From: Desulfuromonas sp.
GTDB lineage: Bacteria; Desulfobacterota; Desulfuromonadia; Desulfuromonadales; UBA2294
Direction: 5' to 3'
Assembly (NCBI GenBank): GCA_002869615.1
Contig: PKUH01000110.1
Location: 125,896-189,895, forward strand
DNA length: 64,000 nucleotides
Made by a program: the position numbers and the translations under genes. Under the pieces are notes generated by a model. That model did not search any database, was not told the DNA's origin, and saw only the letters and a list, made by a program, of their open reading frames with translations. Shown piece by piece: positions 9,450-20,081 of this stretch (within the stretch, counting starts at the first letter, position 1; each line of letters starts with the position of its first letter).

Positions 9450-11048
9450 TCAGAACATTCCGGACTGCAGAATCAGCAGATTCAACAGACCGATCAGGAA
9501 ACCGAGCAGAGCCCCGAACAGGTTGATGTAACGGAACTGTTCCTGCATTACGCCGAGAAGCAACGACTCGATTTCGAGAAGGTCGAGTCTGTTCACCTTG
9601 TCCTCAACCATCTGGCGGATGTTCAGTGCATCGACCAGCACCGGAACCTCCTTGCGCAGAACCTCGTAAATTTGCAGGAAAAATATATCCTCCAATTCCT
9701 GTCCGACATCGGACGGCAACCGGGTCACCAGACGTCCCACCTTTTTTTCAGATACCAGGATCCGAATCTCATTGCCGACAACCGTCCTGATCTGATCGGC
9801 AACCGGTTCGCTCCGGAGCAATGACAGCGCTTTTCCCTCCAGCGCCCCGATCGCCGCCATCCTGCTGCCGGAGGGCATCGCCGTATCGAGCAAGCTTGCG
9901 AATGTACGGTTGCGGATTGATTTCAAGCCTTCGTCAATAAGACCCAGCAAAGTCTCCACCGATTTTCGGCTGCGGATAATGCCAGCAGCCCGCTCGCGCA
10001 GAAAAACCCGGACACCGTCAACTTTTTCGTACGGTAACTTGTCGACGTAGCCGGCGAGCGGTTTGTCAAGAAAGCTCTCAATCCGCTCGCGCACGAGCGC
10101 CGAAACCTGACCCCGTGTTTTCTCCTCGCGCAACCAGCCGGCGACTTCCTCGCTCAACTGGTCAAGAGCGTCCGGGATTTTTACATAGAGCTTGTCGAGG
10201 TCGATAAATCCGCTGAGCAGTCCGGCGAGCCCGCCGAGGGAATCGATAAATTTTTCCAGAACTTGCCGGATGCTGGCTGCCATCCGTTTGCGGAAATCCG
10301 GATCGTACAACATTCCCCCGAACTTTTCGAGCAGCGCCGGAATTTCCCGGTCAAGCTGATCGAGCAGGAGCTTGACAAGATCCTCCGGCAAAAGCGCCCG
10401 CATCGGCTTGTCGCTTCGCAAAAGTCGCCCGGTTCTTTCATCCACGAAACGGCCGACCGCGGCGGCGACCTCAGGTGAACCGAGAAACTGGCTCAGACGC
10501 TCATCGAGGTGCTGACGCAACCGGTCGTATTTTTCCGGAGTCAGGGTCCGTTCGAGATCAAGCATGAGAAATTGATCGAGATGTTGCCGCAGGAAGATCC
10601 GCAGGTACTGGTCAAATTCGTCGCTCCTGAGATATATGACGATTATTTCCGAGAGCTTGACTCCGGCGGCATCTGCCAGTTCAAGGAATCTGGATCGAAA
10701 CTCCGCCGGGACCAGGGAGACGATCGTTCCATGCTCTCGTTCGAAGAGTTGATTGAGCTTGTCCGATACGGCCGACTTCAGTTCTTTCCGGAAGGAATCC
10801 TGTTCGAGGGTCCGAACCACATCTCCACGCGTCAGCAGATGCGAACCGACCATCTCACCCATCCGGATCGCCAGCTCGCCCCGCTTGGCCGGAATAACTC
10901 CCGGGGTCATCGGCAGGCGCAGTCCGAACAACCGCCAGGCCCGTAACGGCCGGAAAAGCATCCGGATCGCAACGTAATTGGTCAGGTAGCCGATCAGGGC
11001 GCCGAGCAGAGGCGGTACGATGTAAGGTAAAAGTTCGGGCAGTGTCAT
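9450..11048 (-). CDS. DUF445 family membrane-associated protein
   Basis: 532 aa. N-terminal GYLTNYVAIRMLFRP motif, a long helical middle region and a C-terminal TM. Confidence 0.7.
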   Translation of the reverse strand: MTLPELLPYIVPPLLGALIGYLTNYVAIRMLFRPLRAWRLFGLRLPMTPGVIPAKRGELAIRMGEMVGSHLLTRGDVVRTLEQDSFRKELKSAVSDKLNQLFEREHGTIVSLVPAEFRSRFLELADAAGVKLSEIIVIYLRSDEFDQYLRIFLRQHLDQFLMLDLERTLTPEKYDRLRQHLDERLSQFLGSPEVAAAVGRFVDERTGRLLRSDKPMRALLPEDLVKLLLDQLDREIPALLEKFGGMLYDPDFRKRMAASIRQVLEKFIDSLGGLAGLLSGFIDLDKLYVKIPDALDQLSEEVAGWLREEKTRGQVSALVRERIESFLDKPLAGYVDKLPYEKVDGVRVFLRERAAGIIRSRKSVETLLGLIDEGLKSIRNRTFASLLDTAMPSGSRMAAIGALEGKALSLLRSEPVADQIRTVVGNEIRILVSEKKVGRLVTRLPSDVGQELEDIFFLQIYEVLRKEVPVLVDALNIRQMVEDKVNRLDLLEIESLLLGVMQEQFRYINLFGALLGFLIGLLNLLILQSGMF

Positions 11049-11119
11049 AACTCTATTCCATCGCGCTTGACAGTTTGCCAGCAGTCGCTAATAATACGCC
11101 GACTTAAACGAGGTAAAAA

Positions 11120-11986
11120 ATGGGCGATCAACTTATCCGGTTTATTTCCGGGGACAGTCAATTCAGGGTCATCGCGGCAGAAACCACTGTATTGTGCGAA
11201 AAACTCCGCCGGCTGCATGGGACCGATCCGACCGCAACGGTTGCCCTCGGCCGGCTTGCGACCGGAGCCGCTCTGCTCGGCGGACTGCTGAAAGGGAACC
11301 AGCGTCTTGCCATTGCCCTGGAGGCAAACGGGCCCCTGCAGAAGCTGCATGCCGAGACCGATGCCGAGGGCCATATCAGGGCCTCGGTCAAGTGCCCGAT
11401 CGCCGGTCTGCCGCCTCGCGATAACCGCTTCGATGTCGCCAACGGCATTGGCAAAGCCGGCTTTCTCCACGTCATCAAGGACCTCGGACTGAAAGAGCCT
11501 TACCGCGGCATGGTTCAGTTGCAAACCAGTGAGGTCGGTGACGATATTGCCTACTACCTGACCCACTCCGAGCAGGTACCGTCCTCGGTGATCCTCGGTA
11601 TCACCCTTGACCGGAATGCCGAAGTCGGCAACGCTGGAGGATTGATGGTTCAGGCTTTGCCCGGTTGTGCCGATGAATTGATTACAGAGCTCGAAAAGCG
11701 TCTCATGAAAATGCCTTCGCTTTCGTCCACCCTGCAGAATGGCGGTTCGATCGAAGATCTCCTCGACGATCTGTTCTTCGATATCGAATGTGGTCCTTCG
11801 GAAAGAACAGCGCTCAGCTTCCGTTGCAGCTGCAACCGGAAACAGGTCAGCAAAATCCTCGAGAACCTCGGCCGGCAGGAGCTTGAAGAAATGAGCGCCG
11901 GGGATGAAGATGTTGACGTAACCTGTGAGTACTGCCGACAGACCTATCGTTTCTCGCCAGCAGACGTTTCGTCTCTCATCGGCTGA
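11120..11986 (+). CDS. hslO: redox-regulated chaperone Hsp33
   Basis: 288 aa with the C-terminal zinc centre CSC...CEYC typical of Hsp33. Confidence 0.9.
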   Translation: MGDQLIRFISGDSQFRVIAAETTVLCEKLRRLHGTDPTATVALGRLATGAALLGGLLKGNQRLAIALEANGPLQKLHAETDAEGHIRASVKCPIAGLPPRDNRFDVANGIGKAGFLHVIKDLGLKEPYRGMVQLQTSEVGDDIAYYLTHSEQVPSSVILGITLDRNAEVGNAGGLMVQALPGCADELITELEKRLMKMPSLSSTLQNGGSIEDLLDDLFFDIECGPSERTALSFRCSCNRKQVSKILENLGRQELEEMSAGDEDVDVTCEYCRQTYRFSPADVSSLIG

Positions 11987-12426
11987 ATTTCTATTTCCAA
12001 CGGGGCGCCATCCCGAACCTCAGCAGAGAGCTGAACCTGTTGTTCCGGAATACCCCGATTCGAAAAAATCCTGAGCAGCAGTTCCATTCTTTTATCCGCC
12101 AGTTGCTGATCATACTCCGGGGAATGTCCGCTTGAACGAACGACTCCGGCCGCAGTGACCTGACGGTTCGACAGCAACAGATCGATCAGCGGATCAAGAA
12201 CCTCCATGCCGCCCGGCCAGGGCAGAACAGCGCCGGACGCGAACAGATTGTCATCCGGATAACTGATCATGGTCCCATCGGAACTGATGGTCGCACCCGG
12301 CAGGTTTAGCACCGCCGACCGGGTGGTCTGCATGATCGATTCAGGTGTTTCTTCTGGCGGAACGGCACAGGCAACAAGCACCAGCAACACCAGGTAAACG
12401 GAATATGTTTTTATGATCGTTATCAT
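11944..12426 (-). CDS. hypothetical lipoprotein (weak OmpA-like C-terminal resemblance)
   Basis: 160 aa with signal/lipobox-like LVLVAC. Its convergent 43-nt overlap with the hslO end lowers confidence. Confidence 0.5.
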   Translation of the reverse strand: MITIIKTYSVYLVLLVLVACAVPPEETPESIMQTTRSAVLNLPGATISSDGTMISYPDDNLFASGAVLPWPGGMEVLDPLIDLLLSNRQVTAAGVVRSSGHSPEYDQQLADKRMELLLRIFSNRGIPEQQVQLSAEVRDGAPLEIEIQPMRDETSAGEKR

Positions 12427-12459
12427 TATCTCGATATTATAACAAAACCGGGAGGCAGC

Positions 12460-13047
12460 TCACAGGTCATTTTTATCAGCCACCGAGCCAGTTTCATCCG
12501 CCGGTTCGGCAAAAGCCGGATGGCGGCGCAGGCTTCGCAGCAGGGCATCAGCGACAAAACCGTTGATCACTCCGGCGACAACCGCCATCAGCAACAGTAT
12601 CGGCAACAAGTACCATAACCCGTCATGCCTGACCAGCAGCAGCCAGGCACAGATCATTTGACCAAAGGTGTGACCGGCCGCACCGAGAACCGAGACGCCA
12701 ACCGCTCCGATCCGTTCGCCGGCCAGCTTCCGGCCGGTGATCATTGCCAGTGTTGCCAATACTCCGCCACTTAATGAGAGAAAAAACCGGGGCGAAATAA
12801 AAGTCCCGAGAAACAGTGAACTGACAACAATCCGGGTCAGAGTCACACTCCAGGCAGCCCGACCGTCATAAAGGAAAAGCGCGATCAGCGCGAAGATATT
12901 GGCCAGACCGAGCCGGAACCATGGGGTCGGTGACGGCAGCAGGAACTCGATGGTATGCAGGGCAATCGCCAGAGCCGAAAAGAGTGCGAGAAAAACCCGG
13001 CGCCGCTCCGTGGCCAGGCGATTCGGATCAACGACTGAGGAGGTCAT
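12460..13047 (-). CDS. Gx transporter / heptaprenyl diphosphate synthase component I family membrane protein
   Basis: 195 aa with 5-6 TM helices. It sits in the conserved context with a NusG-domain-II protein and ApbE. Confidence 0.65.
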   Translation of the reverse strand: MTSSVVDPNRLATERRRVFLALFSALAIALHTIEFLLPSPTPWFRLGLANIFALIALFLYDGRAAWSVTLTRIVVSSLFLGTFISPRFFLSLSGGVLATLAMITGRKLAGERIGAVGVSVLGAAGHTFGQMICAWLLLVRHDGLWYLLPILLLMAVVAGVINGFVADALLRSLRRHPAFAEPADETGSVADKNDL

Positions 13048-13426
13048 AGCCTTGTCCCTTGTCAGGTTCCGCCCGCCCGGTCACTTCTATCAACAGTCGG
13101 TTCGGCACACAGGCTATAATCTCGCCAGCCCGGCTGATCGCACCCATGCCGATACAGACCTTGTAAGGGCATGGTGAAGAGAGAATCCTCGCTTTACCGT
13201 CCCGGATCTCGAGTTCGCTGACCCCGAGCGGACCCGCCAGTTCGACCCGGCGGCCGGTTTCGAGATCCGCCTTGAAAATAATCTGGTTGTCGCGGAGGAC
13301 ATGCAGTGTTTCACCCGGGCCGGAGAGCCCGAGAAATAGCGTCAGAACAACGCAGAGCAACAACAACAGCAAGACGATCATCCGGTCAAGCGGTGTTGTG
13401 CGCCGCCAGAGTTCATTCAGGGCCAT
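13028..13426 (-). CDS. NusG domain II-containing protein
   Basis: 132 aa. N-terminal TM and a CPYKVC motif characteristic of this small family. Confidence 0.7.
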   Translation of the reverse strand: MALNELWRRTTPLDRMIVLLLLLLCVVLTLFLGLSGPGETLHVLRDNQIIFKADLETGRRVELAGPLGVSELEIRDGKARILSSPCPYKVCIGMGAISRAGEIIACVPNRLLIEVTGRAEPDKGQGYDLLSR

Positions 13427-14406
13427 TCGACTTTTCCCTTCAGGCCCGGTGTCGTGACCACCGATCCATCCCGGCTGACGATGATTCCGTCGGCAGAGAA
13501 CCTGGCAAGCAGCGGCAGACCTTGCTCGGGGCCGAGGACAAAAACCGCAGTCGCCAGAGCATCGGCCAGCATCGCTTCACCGGCAATAACGGTTACCGCC
13601 TGACAGCTTGTCGCCGGGTAACCGCTGCGCGGATCGAGAATATGATGGTAACGAACGCCGTCCTGCTCAAAATAGCGCTCATAATCACCGGAGGTTACGA
13701 CCGCGGTATCGGCCAGTTCAAGCCGCGCCAGGATTCCGTCCTTTCTTCGCGGATGCTGGATGCCGATCCGCCATCCGGTCCCGGCCCGATCACCAAGTAG
13801 CTGCAGATCGCCGCCGGCATTGACGCTGGCATGACGCACGCCGGCAGCCGCCAATATTTGAATAGCTCGATCGATAGCGTACCCCTTGGCGACCCCGCCG
13901 AGGTCAATGGCAAGCTGCGCCTGCCGCTTGACCAGCGTATCATCGACGATCGTCAATGCTCCGGGTCCGGTGCCGACGAGGGCCCGGTCAATCTCCGCTT
14001 TGGTCGGCACCTGCGGGTTCCCTTCGGCGAAGCCCCAGAGCCGGACCAGGCGGCCGAGACCGGCATCAAAGGCTCCTGCGCTTGCGCTGGCGACATTGAT
14101 TGAGGTCTGCAGGACTCTGCGCAGATCGGCCGAGACGGTCCGCTGTTTTTTAGCCAAGGACAAAAGACTGACTTCGCTGTCGGGCCGGTGCGGCGACATC
14201 AAGGCTTCGATCCGTTCAATTTCGGCAAAGGCGGCCGTTACCGCTGCATCGAATTGTTCAGCATCGGGATCGAGGATTCGGATTTCGGTGACCGTCCCCA
14301 TCAGGAGTCGGGTACGGACAAGCGGACCGTCCGTGCCGGGCAGCAGCAAGCTGACAACAGCAACAAACAGGAGAATACCGAGAAGTGTAATAGCCGGACG
14401 GATCAC
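13417..14406 (-). CDS. apbE: FAD:protein FMN transferase (ApbE family)
   Basis: 329 aa. Signal/TM then LMGTVTEIRI, GGVAKGYA and the ApbE C-terminal pattern. Confidence 0.88.
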   Translation of the reverse strand: MIRPAITLLGILLFVAVVSLLLPGTDGPLVRTRLLMGTVTEIRILDPDAEQFDAAVTAAFAEIERIEALMSPHRPDSEVSLLSLAKKQRTVSADLRRVLQTSINVASASAGAFDAGLGRLVRLWGFAEGNPQVPTKAEIDRALVGTGPGALTIVDDTLVKRQAQLAIDLGGVAKGYAIDRAIQILAAAGVRHASVNAGGDLQLLGDRAGTGWRIGIQHPRRKDGILARLELADTAVVTSGDYERYFEQDGVRYHHILDPRSGYPATSCQAVTVIAGEAMLADALATAVFVLGPEQGLPLLARFSADGIIVSRDGSVVTTPGLKGKVEWP

Positions 14407-14409
14407 GGG

Positions 14410-15756
14410 TCACGCTTCTTCATTTTCAACAATTTCACCGATCAGGTCGTATTCGGAGGAATCGGTAACCCGCAGTGGCACGATGTCGCCAATATCGGCC
14501 TGGCCGGCAGTAATGTAGACCTGGCCATCAACTTCCGGTGCCTGGCGGATTGATCGTCCACGCAACAGCAGGTCGGTCTCTTCGCTATATCCCTCAACCA
14601 GGACCGGATCGATCCGCCCGACCATTGCCCGGTTTTTGGCAAAAGCGACACGGTTTTGCGCTTTCATCAACTTGTGATAGCGGGCCCGTTTGATCCGAAC
14701 GGGAATCTGCCCTTCAAGTGCCGCGGCGGCCGTCCCTTCTTCGCGCGAATAGCGGAAGACACCAACCCGTTCAAAATGTCCCTCCTTGACAAAGTCAAGA
14801 AGCCTGGCATATTGCGCGTCACTTTCTCCCGGGAAGCCGACGATGAACGAGGTCCTTAACGTTGCCTCCGGCATCCGTTCACGAATACGATTCAGCAATT
14901 TGCGAATACCCGTCTCGCCAATGCGCCGATTCATCATCGTCAGCACCTGATCGTCGATATGCTGCAACGGGATATCGAGATATTCACAAATTTTTTCTTC
15001 ACTGGCAATCAGATCAAGCAGCTCGTCACTGATGCCGTCCGGGTAGGCATAGAGCAGGCGCAGCCATTTCAGATCTGTAATCTTCACGAGTTCGCGCAGC
15101 AGTTGTGCGAGGGATGTGCCATCATTCAAATCATTGCCATAAGCGGTGACATCCTGGGCAATCAGGTTAATCTCCTTGACGCCTTCGGCGACCAGTCGTT
15201 CGACTTCGGCAAACACCGATTCGATCGTTCGGGATCGCAGGTTTCCGCGCAGGCTCGGGATAACGCAATAGGAACAACAGTTTGAACACCCCTCGGCAAT
15301 CTTGACGTAGGTCGAATAGAACGGCGAGGAGCGGAGTCGCGGTGTCTCGTGATCATAGAGATAATCCGGCAGTTCGAAGGACAACCCGGCGGCGTTCCCA
15401 CCGCCCTGGCCCAGGATTTCGGCAATACGGGGCGCGTCACCTGTCCCCATAAAGATGTCGACTTCCGGCAGTTCTGCAGCCAGGTCATTCTGGTAGCGTT
15501 GCGGCATACAACCGGAAACCACCAGGAGTTTGCAATTGCCACTGTTCTTGTGCTCCGCAACATCAAGAATCGTATCGATCGACTCTTCCTTCGCTTCATC
15601 GATAAACGAACAGGTATTGACAATAATAATATCGGCGACCGCTTCATCGGTCACTATCTCGTACTGGTCTGCCGGCAGGTGCCCGAGCATCACCTCGGCA
15701 TCAACCAGGTTTTTCGGACAACCGAGACTGACCAGGCTGATCTTCTTTTTCGCCAC
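14410..15756 (-). CDS. rimO: ribosomal protein S12 methylthiotransferase
   Basis: 448 aa. UPF0004 N-domain LGCPKN, radical [11 protein letters not shown] and a TRAM C-terminus. Confidence 0.93.
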   Translation of the reverse strand: MAKKKISLVSLGCPKNLVDAEVMLGHLPADQYEIVTDEAVADIIIVNTCSFIDEAKEESIDTILDVAEHKNSGNCKLLVVSGCMPQRYQNDLAAELPEVDIFMGTGDAPRIAEILGQGGGNAAGLSFELPDYLYDHETPRLRSSPFYSTYVKIAEGCSNCCSYCVIPSLRGNLRSRTIESVFAEVERLVAEGVKEINLIAQDVTAYGNDLNDGTSLAQLLRELVKITDLKWLRLLYAYPDGISDELLDLIASEEKICEYLDIPLQHIDDQVLTMMNRRIGETGIRKLLNRIRERMPEATLRTSFIVGFPGESDAQYARLLDFVKEGHFERVGVFRYSREEGTAAAALEGQIPVRIKRARYHKLMKAQNRVAFAKNRAMVGRIDPVLVEGYSEETDLLLRGRSIRQAPEVDGQVYITAGQADIGDIVPLRVTDSSEYDLIGEIVENEEA

Positions 15757-15868
15757 TTAATTGTTACCTTTCTGCAACCGCTGCAAAGCTTCAAGCAGCG
15801 CCATGCAAAACAAAGCGCCCCGGAGTAAAACAACAGCCGGGGCGCTTAAAAATGACTGCCATTTCTGT

Positions 15869-16642
15869 TCAATAACCCATGCGATGGCCTTCCGGTCTGA
15901 CCACGTCAACCCCGGCAGGCATCATGAAATCAAAGTTGAGCGGTGAGACACCTCGGTTCAACCGGACCCGGTTTTGATCAAAGACAATCTTCGTCGTATT
16001 TTCGCTTGTATCGACCGCCCTGGTTGAGACAATCGGAAAGGTGCGACCGGTCAACCCGGAGCCAGCATATTCGTTCACCGCCCGCCGATCAACAACGACC
16101 TCAAGCTCACGGAACATCGTTGTTGTCGTTTTCGGTGTCAGCTTCAGCACATAGTTGCCATCGTCATCCCGGTTCGGCGAAGCCCAACGCACCAGAAAAT
16201 CACGCGAAAGGTTGCCAAGACCGGTCAGAAACGTCAGCGGATCCTGTGATCTTGCCTGCGAAACCCGGCTGACATCCGACTCGATCACCTGGTTGTTCTC
16301 GGGGATATAAACCCACATTGTCCGACCATCCGAAACAATTTCCTGCCGGGTCGGGAAATCATACTCCCAGCGGAACTTTACCAGAGGGACGGTTGATGTC
16401 GACTGGCGATCAAACTGAAGCGTCACCCGGCCACTCCCCTGCTGTTTTCGGTCGAGTGAAGCGATCCCCGATTCCTGGGAGAATTCGGTTTCGACGTCAT
16501 GGATTGCATCGGCCGAAGGCGTATCAACCCGGAATGGGACCTCCAGAGTCTCGACAACCTCTCTTACGGTCGCCGCCCGGGCCAGCGGCGAAAGCAGCAA
16601 CATCAGGGATACGAATATGACAAGATTTTTCATATAAGCCAT
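15869..16642 (-). CDS. LolA-like outer-membrane lipoprotein carrier/sorting protein
   Basis: Start moved to the ATG at 16642 (GGAGG 5 nt upstream, signal peptide MAYMKNLVIFVSLMLLLSPLARA). The track's longer 5' extension would overlap cheD. Confidence 0.7.
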   Translation of the reverse strand: MAYMKNLVIFVSLMLLLSPLARAATVREVVETLEVPFRVDTPSADAIHDVETEFSQESGIASLDRKQQGSGRVTLQFDRQSTSTVPLVKFRWEYDFPTRQEIVSDGRTMWVYIPENNQVIESDVSRVSQARSQDPLTFLTGLGNLSRDFLVRWASPNRDDDGNYVLKLTPKTTTTMFRELEVVVDRRAVNEYAGSGLTGRTFPIVSTRAVDTSENTTKIVFDQNRVRLNRGVSPLNFDFMMPAGVDVVRPEGHRMGY

Positions 16643-16664
16643 CTTAACCTCCCTCAGCAAGGTT

Positions 16665-17156
16665 CTAATAGTTTTTCTCTTTTTGGCCTTCGCGAACCGA
16701 CTTAACTGTAACTCTACCCGATGCCAGATCAAAAACCAGTGTTCGGCCAAAGTTACCGCCAACATCTTCAGCGACCAGCGGGATGCACAATTCGGCCAGC
16801 TTTGAGCGGGCGCAGGAAATATTTCTCTGGCCGATCGATTCTCCTGCCCAGGCCTGCAGTGCCTCAAACATATTGGCGCCACCGAAAATCTTTGCCTGAA
16901 GACGCGCGACAACGGCTCCTTCTGCCACCAACGCATCGACTAACAGACCGATCGATGCATCAACGAATTTGCTCATGCGGGACGTATCCATTCCGGGCCG
17001 TGGTGACGGTAGCAACGTATGGGCCATACCGCCGATTTTCAGCTCCGGGTCATAGAGAGTAATCCCGAGGCAGGAACCGAGACCGTAGGTCACGAGTTCA
17101 TTCGGCGCACTTGCGATTCTGAACTCGGAAATTCCGACGCGCTCACGCCCGGTCAT
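16665..17156 (-). CDS. cheD: chemoreceptor glutamine deamidase
   Basis: 163 aa with GLGSCLGITLYDP and GGMAHTLLP motifs. Confidence 0.9.
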   Translation of the reverse strand: MTGRERVGISEFRIASAPNELVTYGLGSCLGITLYDPELKIGGMAHTLLPSPRPGMDTSRMSKFVDASIGLLVDALVAEGAVVARLQAKIFGGANMFEALQAWAGESIGQRNISCARSKLAELCIPLVAEDVGGNFGRTLVFDLASGRVTVKSVREGQKEKNY

Positions 17157-17772
17157 TCACTCCCCCTACAGCAGTGGTAATCACCTCAAGCGATGTCGGA
17201 TCGGGCATCAGAAAAAAATGCCCGCGGATAATCTGTTCTTCCAGGCCGTTGCCATGAAATTCGGTCTCGATCATCAACGCCTGATTCCCCTCTTCACTCA
17301 ATTCGATCAGGAGAAAATCGATGATCGATCCGGCCATATCGTTGGCAAACAGCGGAATCGACGGAATCAGGCTCAGATTGAGCAGACTGCCCATCGCGCC
17401 GAGGTAGGCCGATGCCAGAATATTTCCGACCTCTTTGATCGTCGAGATTCCTATTTCATCAAAAACACCATCGACCGGTGCTTGCCCCAGAAGCCGCGAC
17501 ACCATCCGCTTGGCACTTTCCATCGGAAAGACCAACAGGATATTGCCGCAGGCGTCACCCCGGACCTGCAAGGTGATCCCGACAACAACCTGCTCCGGAC
17601 CGCCCATCAGGTCGGGAACTTCGACGATGTCAGCAACGGTCACCCGCGGTACATGGAGGTATATTGTTTCGCCGACCATCTGCGAAAGAGCCGTCGCGGC
17701 ATGCCCCATTCCGACATTGCTGATTTCACGTAAGGCGTCGAGATGTTCTTCTGTCAACTGCTTGAAAGTCAT
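17143..17772 (-). CDS. cheC: CheY-P phosphatase CheC
   Basis: 209 aa. LDALREISNVGMGHAATALS and the second repeat EVGNILASAY. Confidence 0.85.
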   Translation of the reverse strand: MTFKQLTEEHLDALREISNVGMGHAATALSQMVGETIYLHVPRVTVADIVEVPDLMGGPEQVVVGITLQVRGDACGNILLVFPMESAKRMVSRLLGQAPVDGVFDEIGISTIKEVGNILASAYLGAMGSLLNLSLIPSIPLFANDMAGSIIDFLLIELSEEGNQALMIETEFHGNGLEEQIIRGHFFLMPDPTSLEVITTAVGGVNDRA

Positions 17773-19652
17773 GCACTCTCCTCGACCTCTGAAAAAGAGA
17801 ATTGTTCCGTTTCAACCTCAAACAAAACCTGGGGATCGAGGATGAAAATTATTTTCCCTTCACCGGTGATCGTGGCGCCACTTACACCGGCAAGTTGACT
17901 CAACGGCGTCACCAGGGTTTTGACAAAAGCCTCCTGTTGACCGGAGAGCCGGTCGACGATTAAACCAACCTTGCGACCCTGAATCTCACTGATGACGAGA
18001 TGCATTGTCGCAGCCTCATGCTCCTGCAGATGCAACAACCGGTTGAGTGAATAGAGCGGAATGACTTCGTCGTCGAGCGGATATATCCTCTGCTTCCCGG
18101 ACAACTGAACCTCATTTGAGCCAAGGTCGAGTGTCCTCAGAACACGGGTGACCGGGATCCCGAGTGTCTGGCCATCACATTCGACCAGTAAAATTTTAAT
18201 AATGGCGATCGACAGCGGCAACTTCATGAGAACACGCGTCCCCTCGCCCCGTTTCGACGCAATCTCGAGCATGCCGCCGAGGCTCTCTACCGCTGATTTG
18301 ACCACATCCATACCGACACCGCGGCCGGAAGTTTCGGTTATCTGCCCAGCCGTGGAAAAACCGGGATAACAGACCCACTGAAAAATTTCGCGATCGGTCA
18401 GGGCTTTAATCTGGGCCGGCTTGAGGAAGTTCTTCTCATTCAACTTTTTTCGAACTGAAGCCGGGTCGATACCACGGCCATCATCGGAAACCTCGATCAG
18501 GGCCAGGTCCTTTTCGCGCCAGGCCCGAATCTGAACTGTTCCCTCCTTTTCGATACCGTGGTCAATCGCATTCCGAACCATATGAACAAGCGGATCGGCC
18601 AGGTCTTCCAGAATTGCCCGGTCAAGTTCGACATCATCGCCGATAATTTCAAGTTTGACCTTCTTGTCGCTTTTGCGGCACTGGTCCCTGACCAGACGGG
18701 GCAGATTGGCAGTGATGCTTTCAAGCGGAGTCATCCGGACCTGAAGGACATGATAATGGAGATCGGTGACCAGGCGGGTCAGCAGGTTCAGGCCGCTATC
18801 GATATCGTTCCACTCCTGAGAGCGGGCCGCAGATTGCAACATGTAACGATTGGTAATTAACTCTCCGGTCAGGTTGACAAACTTGTCGAGCAAGGCGGTC
18901 CGGACCCGGACGGTTCGTAGATCTTCATCACGCCGATTCGAGCGCCCTTCCTGACGCCGATCACTACCGAATGAAACATTGGCGATGTCCGGCATGGCTG
19001 ATATTTTTTGCGCAATAATTTCTTCGGAGACATCACTCTGCAGCCAGGCTGTAACCTGTTTGACGGCAAGCCCCTGTTTCATTTCCTCTTCACTCGGGTC
19101 GCAAGACCCGATTCGGCCAAACTCCTTCAGGGCCTCCAGAGCGAGAATGGCACGTGCCGCCGGCGCCGGAACATCTTCGGCAAGATCAATCAAAACCTTA
19201 AAAACCGGACCCGACTCCTCACTTGCATCATCGTTGACTTCAGGTTGATTACCTGATGACTCGCCGGCAGCTTCCGACACAACCAGAAGATCTTCTCCCC
19301 CCTCGGCCATAAAAGCAGTAACATCCTGTTCCGGTTCCTCAGCTTCAATATTGGCAAGCAACCCTTCCAGCAGATCGATTCCGGCCAGCAACCGATCAAC
19401 TGCCGGTTCGGGAACAACACCGGATTTTCGAAAATTGTCGAGGAAGTCTTCGAGATGATGGGCCAGAGTCGCCGTATTTTCAAAACCCATTGAGGCCGCC
19501 ATCCCCTTGATCGAGTGGGCCTCGCGAAAAAGGGCATCAATGCCCTCGCGGTCAGAGGGATTCTGCTCCAGCGCGATGGTGAGCTGACTCATTCTTTTGA
19601 GATGTTCCTTCGATTCCGACAGGAACAACTCCTGGTATTTCGACATGTCCAT
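17769..19652 (-). CDS. cheA: chemotaxis histidine kinase
   Basis: 627 aa. Hpt FREAHSIKG, HATPase DDGRGID and GRGVGMDVV, and a CheW-like C-terminus. Confidence 0.95.
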   Translation of the reverse strand: MDMSKYQELFLSESKEHLKRMSQLTIALEQNPSDREGIDALFREAHSIKGMAASMGFENTATLAHHLEDFLDNFRKSGVVPEPAVDRLLAGIDLLEGLLANIEAEEPEQDVTAFMAEGGEDLLVVSEAAGESSGNQPEVNDDASEESGPVFKVLIDLAEDVPAPAARAILALEALKEFGRIGSCDPSEEEMKQGLAVKQVTAWLQSDVSEEIIAQKISAMPDIANVSFGSDRRQEGRSNRRDEDLRTVRVRTALLDKFVNLTGELITNRYMLQSAARSQEWNDIDSGLNLLTRLVTDLHYHVLQVRMTPLESITANLPRLVRDQCRKSDKKVKLEIIGDDVELDRAILEDLADPLVHMVRNAIDHGIEKEGTVQIRAWREKDLALIEVSDDGRGIDPASVRKKLNEKNFLKPAQIKALTDREIFQWVCYPGFSTAGQITETSGRGVGMDVVKSAVESLGGMLEIASKRGEGTRVLMKLPLSIAIIKILLVECDGQTLGIPVTRVLRTLDLGSNEVQLSGKQRIYPLDDEVIPLYSLNRLLHLQEHEAATMHLVISEIQGRKVGLIVDRLSGQQEAFVKTLVTPLSQLAGVSGATITGEGKIIFILDPQVLFEVETEQFSFSEVEESA

Positions 19653-19701
19653 GGTGGACCCCGAGCGTTTCAGTGAAATCCGGGTTCAAATCGCCCGGAA
19701 A

Positions 19702-20079
19702 CTACGAACCGAGAACACGGCGGACAACGTCAAGCACCCGCTCTTCTTTAAACGGTTTTACAATAAAATCCTTGGCGCCGGCCTGTACTGCCTCGACAAC
19801 CAGTGCATCCTGACCGAGGGCGCTGCACATCACGATACAGGCATCCGGATCTGAACTACGGATATCCCGGAGCGCCTCGATGCCGCTTTTCAACGGCATA
19901 ACAATATCCATGGTGACCAGGTCAGGTTTCAGTTCGGCATATTTCGCAATAGCTTCTTCGCCATTAGCGGCCTCGCCAACGACCTCATGTCCGGCCTTGG
20001 TGAAAATATCCTTGAGCATGTTTCGCATGAAAAGGGCGTCATCGACGACCATTACCCTTACTGCCATTGTATCCTCCAA
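19702..20079 (-). CDS. cheY: chemotaxis response regulator
   Basis: 125 aa single receiver domain (VVDD...DLVTMDIVMP...K). Confidence 0.92.
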   Translation of the reverse strand: MEDTMAVRVMVVDDALFMRNMLKDIFTKAGHEVVGEAANGEEAIAKYAELKPDLVTMDIVMPLKSGIEALRDIRSSDPDACIVMCSALGQDALVVEAVQAGAKDFIVKPFKEERVLDVVRRVLGS

Positions 20080-20081
20080 TA

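Noticed and set aside
11045-11566. 173-aa minus-strand ORF overlapping the hslO 5' region.
   Set aside because: It is antisense to the well-supported hslO, has no motif, and has shadow-frame composition.
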